Origin: Sedimentisphaerales bacterium
Lineage (GTDB): Bacteria; Planctomycetota; Phycisphaerae; Sedimentisphaerales; Anaerobacaceae
NCBI GenBank assembly: GCA_963708075.1
Contig: OY970194.1
Span: 4,416,001 to 4,480,000, forward strand
Direction of reading: 5' to 3'
DNA length: 64,000 nt
Within the stretch, counting starts at the first letter, position 1; every line of letters starts with the position of its first letter. The notes under the pieces are model-generated. The model saw only the letters and a program-made list of their open reading frames with translations, was not told the DNA's origin and searched no databases. Positions 10,201 to 18,903 of this stretch are shown here, piece after piece. A program made the position numbers and the translations under genes.

Positions 10201-11601
10201 GATGTGAATGTCCGATTCAAGGTACGGCGACTGGACATCCACAGCGTCGGTGGCGTCAATGATGGAATTGGTCACGTAGTAGACGATAGTCCCACTCTTC
10301 ACACCGTACTTGTTGTGCGACTGAATCCCGATGTCCGTATATCCAGCCACTCTGGAAGCGACAATCGTCGAGTGATCGATGTTCACAATGGTGGTCGCGC
10401 CCTCCGTGGCTTTGGCGGCGATTGTAGCCACCGTGGGGTCCTCCGGGGCCGTGTTGTTTTCCACAATCAGGCAGTGATCGAGGGTGGTCTCGCCATTATA
10501 GACACTGACGCCCTTGTCCCGGCATCCGCGGATAATGAAGTCCTGGACCATGACCTTCGAGCCGAGTGTATCGATCCCGTCATCGTGCGTGTCCGCGATG
10601 ACGCCCCGCGACAGGATGCACTTCTGTCCGGCCTGCTGGCTGTGGATGTAGATGGCGTCGGCGTCGTCGTTGGCGTGCATTTCCGTGATCCAGCCGTCCT
10701 CGAAGAGCAGGCCGGTGGATGCAATCTCCGGGCCCATGACCGACCGGGCCAGCAGACAGTGCTGAAAGACCAGGTCGCAGCCGGAGGTGGCGTGCATGAC
10801 CTTGCCCGCATTGTCGGTGAATGAGACGTGGTCGAAGGTGATCTGCGAGCCCTGGGCGCGGATCGCCGGGCCGGAGTTCGAGTGCCCGACCCGTGGCGAG
10901 TGCCCCGCCTGCGCGATATTCGTATAACTGAAGGTGGACGGCTCGGCATCGACGAATCGCAGCTCGCCCCAGTTCTCACCGGGGACGAACGCGGTGATCG
11001 TGATGGGCGAGGCGGCTGTGCCCAGCGCCTGGATCGAGCCATCGATCTGAATATCCGTCCCGTCGGTTCCCGATTTCACGCCGTCGATCAGGACCATTGT
11101 CCCGGGTTCGAGCGTCAGCGTGACGCCGTCCTTAATCGTGAAATCGCCGCCCGCGACATGATAGATGCCGCTCCAAGTTGCCGAGCTATCGAGCGTACCC
11201 GAGACAGCGGTAATTGGCCGGCTGCTCCAGTCCGTCAATAAGGCGGTCGCTTTCAAGTCGTCAACACCTGCCGTCAGTGTGAAATCGCCACTGCCTGTGA
11301 ACGTGACCAGGGCACTTCCCAGACCGTTGTACACAGACACGCGATCCGGCGAGAGACGGACGCCGGGATTGTCCGCGGAGAGTGTCGCGACGGCATCCCA
11401 CTGATCCCGCTGGATCGCCCCGGTGTTATCCCGAAGTTCGACCCGGACCAGGACGGGGACTCCCGGCAGATAGCTGTCGCGAACGACGAGATTGACGCCC
11501 GGATGTTCGGGCCCGGAAGATGCAAGGGTCCAGGCGGGGTCAACGGTATGGATCAGCGCCAGCGCCCACAGGATCGAGCCGATTCTTGCGAGGTATATCA
11601 T
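7231..11601 (-). CDS. Large secreted protein with two right-handed beta-helix regions and lamin-tail (LTD) domains
   Basis: Signal peptide. Repeated DPLFV..D(Y/F)(R/H)L..SP.(V/I)G motifs; LVIDELLA..DLIEL and VRINEWLA..FVELFN LTD motifs; C-terminal DDGAIVYLNG..NVIAVEVHQ. Confidence 0.8.
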   Translation of the reverse strand: MIYLARIGSILWALALIHTVDPAWTLASSGPEHPGVNLVVRDSYLPGVPVLVRVELRDNTGAIQRDQWDAVATLSADNPGVRLSPDRVSVYNGLGSALVTFTGSGDFTLTAGVDDLKATALLTDWSSRPITAVSGTLDSSATWSGIYHVAGGDFTIKDGVTLTLEPGTMVLIDGVKSGTDGTDIQIDGSIQALGTAASPITITAFVPGENWGELRFVDAEPSTFSYTNIAQAGHSPRVGHSNSGPAIRAQGSQITFDHVSFTDNAGKVMHATSGCDLVFQHCLLARSVMGPEIASTGLLFEDGWITEMHANDDADAIYIHSQQAGQKCILSRGVIADTHDDGIDTLGSKVMVQDFIIRGCRDKGVSVYNGETTLDHCLIVENNTAPEDPTVATIAAKATEGATTIVNIDHSTIVASRVAGYTDIGIQSHNKYGVKSGTIVYYVTNSIIDATDAVDVQSPYLESDIHIDYSDVTSEAWPGRGNLRADPLFVDVQNHDYRLQSNSPCVGKAGDGGDLGYFEADVPTPVQGALTQDTIWTVRGSPYLITGEFTVPAGLSLTIQPGTLVYFEPSARMVIRGRLVAEGSENALIRFTRTPGSQGTWGGLQFNGSTAENRIAYALIEYGRTNDGMIGVEKSRLLLEQVTFDHTDLRRIRVSDSWLTVRSCTFTDIFGPEQAPTTDNMSEHIWGAVVNDGQLIVENCVFGKNKGHNDAVDVDGPARPKPPLQILNNLFLGGGDDALDLEGDAHVEGNTFTNFRKDRYNTAARESNVISAGRGRYYVVVRNVFYNCGHVAQVKDGSFMTFVNNTVMDMTDSTFFFGIPELGGTPGKGVYVDSCIFRNAPTLFADFYTNDPKYGTTQMEVHHSIVAAAWQSYGVGNMDADPLFVAPPTDFHLKPMSPAIGTGANGLDMGAYVSAGASIFGEPGEITWRTAATLTVSGAGITHYRYSLNDPNGPWSEERPVGTPIELADLLDGGAYQVYVLGKNSAAVWQTIPNASRPWQVDTSYSRLVIDELLAWNVSAVEREGTHPDLIELHYDGPAPLDLAGMSLTNDAGEPAKFVFPQGAAIESGHHLVLYADANHLGFELDESGGTVLLYDRSGLLIDSVEYGLQLPDLSIGRVGTTSEWHLTTPTLGKENVAHPVGDPAAVRINEWLAKGDAPFTDGFVELFNPQSSPVDLGGCSLTDDPATSQGGGFAPLTFFADRSFPVSTPDDPGLVGQKAAPLPMDGGTIILLDAESREIDKIVYGPQAVGVSQGRSPDASDTIESFALPTPGAPNPFTAPVDKTLIAMDSVWSYEQSGTVLDASWCQPAFDDSAWPTGPGVLYVESATLPGPKNTKLTLGPATYYFRTHFPLDAAPSKVTSLAVTLLIDDGAIVYLNGQEVYRLGMPAGAAKYDTRASRGVGDAVLEGPFEIPADALRQGDNVIAVEVHQNSSTSSDIVFGLTLDATIGGTSAKP

Positions 11602-11762
11602 CCCTTGCTCCGTTCTACAGTCAGCGACATGCTCAAGTCACGCCTCCGCCCATCCATTGCCGGCGGCAACACAGCTTTACCTATTTTACCATTTTATCGG
11701 GGCATACTCAATGCCCTTCAAGCAACAGGACAGACCGAAGGTTGCTGGGAGGATCACGGTCC

Positions 11763-11987
11763 TGTCATTGCGAGGAGTGGGGCGACGAAGCAATCTCAAC
11801 CCTCAGCGTGGGAGATTGCTTCGCTTCGCTCCTAAGAAACCGGCTAGTTGGGTGCCACGTCTACGCTTGCGTAGACATGTTCCACTCGATGGGTAAGGCA
11901 TGCTTACGCGAGCGTAAGCATGGCACCCAAACCATCTCGTTTCTTCCCGACACCAGCCGCGTAGCGGCGCAGGGACTCGCAATGACA
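11763..11987. repeat. Nested palindromic repeats: GTCATTGCGAG..GCAATC / GATTGC..CTCGCAATGAC element interrupted by a CATGCTTACGC-type REP doublet
   Basis: Outer arms tgtcattgcgag (11763) and ctcgcaatgaca (ends 11987). Inner aagaaac..ttgggtgcca ... tggcacccaa..gtttctt (11834-11945). Confidence 0.82.
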
Positions 11988-12029
11988 TATCGGGCACTGC
12001 TACGGAACGGCTTTGTGCTTGCTCTGGCG

Positions 12030-13226
12030 TCACTTCTGCATCACAGAAGGCAGGATTCTCAGGTTTCGCTCGATCAGGTCGATGCGCTGCCGGACGCACG
12101 CGGCGGAACGCAGCGGGTCGCGCGGGGTGTTCTTGCAGTAATCGATCAGCTTCTCAACCGTCGTGGAGGCGACGTGGCAACGGGTGTCGCTGGAAGCGTA
12201 GTAGATGAAGACCTGGCCGTTGCCGCGAGCCACCCAGCCGTTGGAGAACGTGACGTTGGAGACATCACCGATTCGCTCTTCACCCTGGGGGGCGAGCAGG
12301 TAACCGCCCGGCTCGTGGATGATCCGGCTGGGGTCGTCGAGGGCCGTCATGAACGCATAGAGGACGTAGCGCAGCCCGGCCGCCGTGTTGCGCACGCCGT
12401 GCGCCAACTGGAGCCAGCCTTCGGCTGTCTTGATCGGCGCGGGGCCGAGGCCATTCTTGACCTCGTTGATCGTGTGGTACTTGCGGTCGTGGACGATCTG
12501 CTCCTCCCCCAGGACGGCGTGCTCGATGTTGTCCGCGAGGGCCCAGCCAATGCCGCCGCCGGAGCCGGTCTCAATGAACCCATCCTGCGGGCGGGTGTAG
12601 AAGGCGTACTTGCCGCCGATGAACTCCGGATGCAGGACGACGTTTCGCTGCTGGGGCGAGCGGGTTTTCAGGTCATCCAGTCGCTGCCAGACTTTGAGGT
12701 CCTTCGTGCGTGCGATGCCGCATTGTGCGACGGCCGAGGACAGGTCGCCGCGCGGGGCCTTGGGGTCCTTGCGTTCCGTACAGAACAGGCCGTAGATCCA
12801 GCCGTCCTGGTGCTGCACGAGACGCATGTCGTACACGTTGATGTCCGGGTCGCTGGTCTCGGGCAGGACCACCGGGTAATCCCAGAAGCGGAATCGGTCG
12901 ACACCGCTCTTGCTTTCGGCGATGGCGAAGAAGCTCTTGCGGTCGACGCCTTCCACGCGGACCGCCAGAAGGATCTTCCCATTGAACTCCATGGCGCCAG
13001 GGTTGAAGGTGGCATTGATGCCCAGCCGCTCCATCAGGTGCGGATTGCTCTCATAGTTCAGGTCGTAGCGCCAGAAGACAGGCGTGTGCTCGGCCGTCAG
13101 CACGGGGTTCTTGTAGCGATCGAATACGCCATTGCCTCCGCCGCTGATCCGGTTGGGCCGGTCGATGAGTGCTTCATACTCCGCGAAAAGCTTTCGCAGC
13201 CGCTCGTTGAATTGCTCATGTGTCAT
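12030..13226 (-). CDS. 4-O-beta-D-mannosyl-D-glucose phosphorylase (GH130)
   Basis: [68 protein letters not shown]. Confidence 0.92.
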   Translation of the reverse strand: MTHEQFNERLRKLFAEYEALIDRPNRISGGGNGVFDRYKNPVLTAEHTPVFWRYDLNYESNPHLMERLGINATFNPGAMEFNGKILLAVRVEGVDRKSFFAIAESKSGVDRFRFWDYPVVLPETSDPDINVYDMRLVQHQDGWIYGLFCTERKDPKAPRGDLSSAVAQCGIARTKDLKVWQRLDDLKTRSPQQRNVVLHPEFIGGKYAFYTRPQDGFIETGSGGGIGWALADNIEHAVLGEEQIVHDRKYHTINEVKNGLGPAPIKTAEGWLQLAHGVRNTAAGLRYVLYAFMTALDDPSRIIHEPGGYLLAPQGEERIGDVSNVTFSNGWVARGNGQVFIYYASSDTRCHVASTTVEKLIDYCKNTPRDPLRSAACVRQRIDLIERNLRILPSVMQK

Positions 13227-13292
13227 ACAAGGTTCTCCTGGGCCGTTGGGGCCGTGTGCTTCGCATCATGGGACGAATAGGACCTATGGGAC

Positions 13293-14510
13293 TTATGTGA
13301 CTTCGCTCTTGACGCCTCCCGCGCGATAAATGACCTCCAGACAGCAGCGGCCGTTATGATACGGGCATTTCCATTGGGACACTTTGGGTTGCGCCGGCTC
13401 GGGCGTGCCGTCCGGCCGGATGCACCAGAACCATTCGCCGTGCACGTGGTCCACGACTCGATCCTCAATGAACTGCCAGGACCGTACGGCCGCATCGCGG
13501 AACGTCTCATCGCCCGTGAGTTGCCAGGCATTGTAGAAGCCGACGACCGCCTCGGCCTGCGGCCACCACTCCTTGTTCGGGTTGATGATTCTGCCATCGC
13601 GGCCTTCGTAGAACAGGCCGCCGTCGCTATCGAGGCCTTCCTCCAGCACGGCACGGGCCATTCGCACCGCCACGTCGCGCACGTCTGTGAGAAGCAGCTC
13701 GTCGTCCAGCACCTCGGCTGCCTCGCACAGCAGCCAACTGCACTCGACGTCGTGACCAAAGGTGTAGCTGTCCGATTGCGGGGTCCAAGCTCCATCGAAG
13801 AAGTGCTGCAGATGGGTCTGTTCGGCATTGAGGATATGCCACCGGAACAGGTCGATCAGCTCGCGCAGACGCTCCATCAACTGCGGCTGCCGCCACACGC
13901 GCATGAGGTTGGTGTAAGCCTCAAGGATATGCAGGTGGTTGTTCATGGATTTGGTCGCGTTCATGTCTTTGTCGCTCAGCCGCATGTCCTCGCAGGGCTG
14001 CCAATCGCGGGACATGACCTCCAGGTAGCCGCCGTGCTGGGGCTCGCGAGCGTGGGCCTCGATGCGCATGAAAACATCGATGGCTTGCTCCAGAGCCTGC
14101 GGCTCCTTAAACGCGAGGTAGTATTCCACCAGTGCATAGACGCAGAACGCCTGGCCGTAGATCTTCTTCTTGTCGTCGAGCACGGCCCCGCTCGGATCGA
14201 GCTCCCAGAAGTAGCCGCCCTCCTCATCATCGAGGAAATAGTCCGTCAGGTACTCATACGCCCGGCGGGCCAGGGCACGATCCTCTTCGGCTTGCGTGTA
14301 GCACCACGCGGCGGAAAACGTCCAGAGGATGCGGGCGTTGAGGATCAGCCCCTTGGGTGCATCTTCCTGCACGCGGAGGTCATTGGACATTTGGCCGATG
14401 AAGCCGCCGCGGCGCTCGTCCAGCGTGCGCATCCGCCAGAACGGCAGAATATCTTCAAGCAGTTCCCGCCGCACACGAGCGGCGAGTTGGCTGTCACTCA
14501 GCAACGTCAT
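13293..14510 (-). CDS. Cellobiose/mannobiose 2-epimerase (AGE family)
   Basis: KGLILNARILWTFS, KSMNNHLHILEAY, FGHDVECSWLL, WWPQAEA, WKCPYHNGR. Confidence 0.92.
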   Translation of the reverse strand: MTLLSDSQLAARVRRELLEDILPFWRMRTLDERRGGFIGQMSNDLRVQEDAPKGLILNARILWTFSAAWCYTQAEEDRALARRAYEYLTDYFLDDEEGGYFWELDPSGAVLDDKKKIYGQAFCVYALVEYYLAFKEPQALEQAIDVFMRIEAHAREPQHGGYLEVMSRDWQPCEDMRLSDKDMNATKSMNNHLHILEAYTNLMRVWRQPQLMERLRELIDLFRWHILNAEQTHLQHFFDGAWTPQSDSYTFGHDVECSWLLCEAAEVLDDELLLTDVRDVAVRMARAVLEEGLDSDGGLFYEGRDGRIINPNKEWWPQAEAVVGFYNAWQLTGDETFRDAAVRSWQFIEDRVVDHVHGEWFWCIRPDGTPEPAQPKVSQWKCPYHNGRCCLEVIYRAGGVKSEVT

Positions 14511-16362
14511 GATCGATTTCAATCCTCGATAGCTGCGATTCGGACTGGAATTCGACTCTCACGTAGTCGCAGACCGATTTGACCGGGCTTGCGGAACAGA
14601 GCAAGGCTTTCCAGAAGCCGTAGGCATCCTCGCCATAAGTCACCGTGCGGGCCACTGTCATCTCCACAGGTTCGAACATCCGGCCATCCTTCGAGAAAGC
14701 GACGCGGATGCCGGGCTGATCGGAAGGGCTGAACAGGAAGAGTCGCACCATTTGGACGCCGCCCGGTGCGTAGTAGATGACCGCACTCTTGGTCTCGCCG
14801 GACAAGCGGTGGCAATCCTCCTTGACCTTGCGGGCCTGGTTGTCTACGAACTGCAGTTTGCCCTCTTTCGCGAGCATCCGCGAGTCATTCCAGAATTCGT
14901 CCACCAGCGTGCGATGCGTCACGCGCACAGGACCCACCGCGTTCGAGGGTTTGGAGGAGCCGGCGGGACTGTTTGCAGCCACGCGATAGTAATATGTCCT
15001 GCCCGGCCGGGCGGATTCATCGACGAACAGTGGACGATACTGGACCTGCGCTTCCGACACGCCCGTGCCGACGGTTACCCAGGGGCCTTTCGCCGCTTCG
15101 GCTCGCTGCACGTCGTAACAGACGGCTCCCACAGTGCCTTGCCAGGTCATCTGGCCGCCGCCGGTGACGGTGAGTAAGTGCGGCGGTTCCGGCTCCTTGA
15201 GCGGCGGCAGCTTCATGCTCCGAATCGCAAAGGCATTCTCTCGCACGAGTCGCATCAGCCCTCGCTCGTCGTACTGCTCGCCGATCTCAAAGCCGGGCCA
15301 GTGATAGGCCTTGAAGTAGTCGCCGCCGGCGGGCTCGTGGTGCCAGTAGAAGCCGCCGTCGCGGGTCCGGTACCTAAGGCTCCAGAGCAGCGCGCCCGAG
15401 AGCTTTTGATCGCGGACAGTGTCCATGACAGCAGACAGGGCCGCCGTGCTGAGGAAGCCGAATTCGCCGAGGTGATAGGGCTTCTTGCCCTTCGCCATTT
15501 TGGCGCTTTCGACGATGTGGGCGATCATCTGGCGCGCATCCTTTTCATAATGGTGCGTCTGGACAAAGTCGATGCTGGGATCCTCCAGCGAAGACGGCAA
15601 CAGCACCTCGCGATGCGTGCCGTCGAGGACCAGGTGCTGGGAATCGAGGCCCTTGATATATGCGGCGACCTGTTTTGTCCATTCGGGCGGACAGTGCAAC
15701 TCGTTGCCGGTCTCCCAAGCTAAGATCGCCTTATCATCGCGATATCGCACGCCTGTGACGGTGTTCAGCCGATTGACGACGAAGGCAACGATACCTTTGT
15801 AATCCTCGATCACCTGCGGATCGGTCCAGAATTCCTCCGGCTTCTTGCCGCGAAATCCGGCTAACTCGGTCATGCCGCCCCACCAGCTCCACTGGTCGAT
15901 GAATGGGATAATCACGCGCACGTGATGGCGATGGGCCGCCGCGATGACCTGGTCGAGCACGACGAACGCCTCCTCGTTGAACCGGCCCGGCCCCAGGATA
16001 TGCCGCGGCAAGTCCGCCGGGTCGCCCGGCTTCTTCACAGACAGCGCGTACATGCGCACGACCTGCCCGCCCATCTGCTCGATACTCCCGAGGGCGTCGT
16101 CGATCTCGAAGGCATCCGGCAGGCGAAACGGCATGCCCTGCTCGAAACGCATGTCGTCCTCAACGTAGTGCAGGTTGGGGATATTGAACGAGAGGAACCG
16201 GAACTCGCGGTCGCCATCCCTGAGCATATCACCATCGCGGCGCACGAAGTTCTCGAAGCCCTGGCGCGCTGCCTTCGGTTTCGCCCCCGCCACCGCACAT
16301 GTTACGCACACCAGGAGAGCGACACTCGCTACAAACCAAATCGATACGTGATGACGAGACAT
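14494..16362 (-). CDS. Secreted GH5 endo-beta-1,4-mannanase with FN3-like domain
   Basis: Signal peptide; AWETGNEL acid/base motif, LGEFG nucleophile, GALLWSLR, YHWPGF; mannan-cluster context. Confidence 0.85.
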   Translation of the reverse strand: MSRHHVSIWFVASVALLVCVTCAVAGAKPKAARQGFENFVRRDGDMLRDGDREFRFLSFNIPNLHYVEDDMRFEQGMPFRLPDAFEIDDALGSIEQMGGQVVRMYALSVKKPGDPADLPRHILGPGRFNEEAFVVLDQVIAAAHRHHVRVIIPFIDQWSWWGGMTELAGFRGKKPEEFWTDPQVIEDYKGIVAFVVNRLNTVTGVRYRDDKAILAWETGNELHCPPEWTKQVAAYIKGLDSQHLVLDGTHREVLLPSSLEDPSIDFVQTHHYEKDARQMIAHIVESAKMAKGKKPYHLGEFGFLSTAALSAVMDTVRDQKLSGALLWSLRYRTRDGGFYWHHEPAGGDYFKAYHWPGFEIGEQYDERGLMRLVRENAFAIRSMKLPPLKEPEPPHLLTVTGGGQMTWQGTVGAVCYDVQRAEAAKGPWVTVGTGVSEAQVQYRPLFVDESARPGRTYYYRVAANSPAGSSKPSNAVGPVRVTHRTLVDEFWNDSRMLAKEGKLQFVDNQARKVKEDCHRLSGETKSAVIYYAPGGVQMVRLFLFSPSDQPGIRVAFSKDGRMFEPVEMTVARTVTYGEDAYGFWKALLCSASPVKSVCDYVRVEFQSESQLSRIEIDHDVAE

Positions 16363-16391
16363 AATCCACTCCTATGAAGACCTGGCGTCCA

Positions 16392-16468
16392 CGTAGGGTG
16401 GGTTCTCAACCCACGCGGTCACCCAATGGAAACGGTCTTTAACACGTGGGTTGAGAACCCACCCTACG
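16392..16468. repeat. GTAG-type REP doublet inside the mannan cluster
   Basis: cgtagggtgggttctcaacccacg ... cgtgggttgagaacccaccctacg. Confidence 0.9.
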
Positions 16469-16482
16469 ACTACCGCCTGGTA

Positions 16483-18377
16483 TCACTCGGCCACGGCCCT
16501 CAACGTCTTGGGCGAGGGCTCCGGGCTGATCGGCACGACGGCCGGCTCCTTGTCCAGCAGATCGTACCAGTTCTTCTTGAGAATCCAGGAGGTCAGCACG
16601 ATCAGACCGACGACAATCGCCGCCCGCGACCATTTTAAGAGCACGACGAACATCGGCAGCAGGACAAGGCACGTTTGCCAGATCGTGCCGATGACGACGT
16701 TGAACATATCCCGGCTGAAGTTACGGTTCTCCTGGAAATCGGGATACAGGGCGACGACCTTCCTGTGCACGGGTCCCCAGAAGCCCCACGGCCGGACATT
16801 GCGGTAGAAAGCGATCAGCGTCTTTTCATCCGTCGGCTTCGTCGCGTAGGTGCCGATGATACAGCCGGCGAGCGACAACGCGAACAGCAACGGGAAATAG
16901 TGCAGCGGCAGGGTCTGAGGGAACACCTTCGGGAAGATCAGTGCGGGGACTATGCCGGCGACCATGCCCCAGAAATACCCGTGGCCGTTGAATCGCCACC
17001 AGTACCACTTGAGCATGTTGGCGGCCACGTACCCGCCGTAGAGACCCGAGACGATCCACTGCAGGAGCTTGTCCACCGTCTTGGCGTCCTTGGCGAACAT
17101 CCCGAGCAAGATCGATGCGATTACAATGACTATCCCCGCGGCGTAGCTCATGAATCTCACTTCGTCGTGGCCGGCGCGGGGCCGAAGGTACTTGATGTAG
17201 AAGTCGTTCATGATGTACGCCTGCGCGGCATTCAGCGTGCCGGCGAATGTGCCCAGGAACGCCGCCAGCAGTCCGGCCAGAAGGCAGCCCATCACTCCCA
17301 CGGGCACAAACTGGTTCATCGCCGCAGGCAGGACCTGCTCGAAATCGATCTTGCCCGCCACCGTCAGGTCGAGCTGCTTGTAGTACAGGATGCCCAGGAC
17401 GGCAAACCCTGTCACCATCAGGTAGCGGACGGGCATGAGCACGATGGAGACAAAGCCGCTCATCAGGGCCGCCTCCCGCGGATTGCGGGTCGCCAGGATC
17501 TTTTGCATGTCGTAGTTGGGCGCCGGTCCTGCGGCGCTGGCCATCACCCCCTTGAAGAGCATCAGCATCATGATGATGCTGAACCATGAGAACTGGTCTT
17601 CCGTGATCTTGCTGTTGACCTCCGCAATGACGCTGGTCCAGTCTATGCCCAGTTTCCAGCCGAAGAACGGGCTGAACCACCCATCGGGCACGTTCAGGGC
17701 ATGGCTCGAAATGTTGGACATGGCGATGCCCGCCACCACGATCGCGGAGATGGTCATGATCGCGTACTGAAGGATATCGGCCAGCACGAGGCTGGTCATG
17801 CCGCCCAGAACCGTGTAGATGATCGCCGCCAGCGTGAATACAATGCCGTAGAGATGAGGGACATACTTGGCGGGCACCTCGAAGGGCACGTAGGGTGAGA
17901 CGACCTCCCAGGGAATGAATACTTCCATGAACTTGCCCAGGCCGACAAAGCCGTAGACCATGAATCCCAGGCAGCCGATAATCGCGAAGATCACGACGAT
18001 GGCATGGGACAATTGCGCCCGGCCCCTTGGCCGAACCGGGTGCCGATCCACTGGGCGCCGGTGGTGACGTTCGACCGGCGCAGCCAGGCGGACAGGAAGA
18101 TCATCAGGAAGATCTGGTTGAACGTCGGCCACAGCCACGGCAGCCAGACGCTCTTGAGGCCGTAGACGAACATGATCGTCACCAGCCACATGGTGCCGGA
18201 GATGTCGAACATGCCCGAGGCGTTCGACAGGCCCAGCAGGTACCAGGGCAGCTCCTTGCCGCCGAGCAGATACGAGTTCAGGTTCTTCGACGCCCGCCGG
18301 CTCAGGAACACGCCGATCAGGCTGACGCTCAGCAGGTACCCCAGGACAATGATGATGTCGACGGCATGCAGTTTCAT
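16483..18377 (-). CDS. Sodium:solute symporter (SSS family), split by one frameshift near 18015-18026
   Basis: The N-terminal part (YLLGGKELPWYLLGLSNASGMFDISGTMW..TGAQWIGTRFG) and the C-terminal part (NYDMQKILA, KWYWWRFNG.GY, FYRNVRPWGFW) are in different frames. Confidence 0.88.
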
Positions 18378-18536
18378 GCGCAAATCCTCAAGGATAGTTG
18401 GTTCTCAGTCCGTTAGCGACAACCGTCCTTCTTACCAACGACTGATCCGTAAGGGATACCCGTTTTATCCCCCGCCGTCAATGACTCCACCAAACCGAAA
18501 CGCGAGCCTCATTCGAAACTGGATGACACTCCTGGC

Positions 18537-18790
18537 GGGTGGCACCGCCAGACTCGTTGGCAACGTCCCGAATTATCAAATTTCGGGTGGCAGCGTCAAG
18601 CGCAGCTTGGCGATGGTTTGCCCATTCGCCATCGCCAAGGCCTTCGGCCTTGACGCTGCCACCCGTTTGCGCAGCACGTCTCCGCCCAATCTCAACAACT
18701 TGGGACTGAGCCAACTCGTTTGACGGTGCTGTTTGGATTGGGCCGGTCCATCCGAGGCGCCACGGGCAAACGAGTTTGCCCGTGCCACCC
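18537..18790. repeat. Three-layer composite palindromic element, copy A
   Basis: Outer gggtggcaccgcca...cccgtgccaccc, middle gtccc(18565)...gggac(18706), inner 80-bp core 18585-18664 identical to 42718-42797. Confidence 0.88.
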
Positions 18791-18842
18791 AGACACTTGG
18801 GGCCTGCAAAAGACTCAGGCATGAACGCTGTGAGGGACAATG

Positions 18843-18874
18843 AAAAGGGGCCCGGCTCTTTGGGAGACGGGCCC
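18843..18874 (-). terminator. Probable intrinsic terminator of the 18904..21969 gene
   Basis: Minus strand ggggcccg..cgggcccc hairpin followed by TTTT, about 30 nt after the stop codon. Confidence 0.6.
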
Positions 18875-18903
18875 CGAGATCTGCGGTAGTGAATGAGCTG
18901 GGA

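Noticed and set aside
8926..10824. Long opposite-strand ORFs (also 11520..13280, 33308..34972, 40495..42786, 42841..44277)
   Set aside because: Shadow ORFs of real high-GC genes, with no recognisable motifs.
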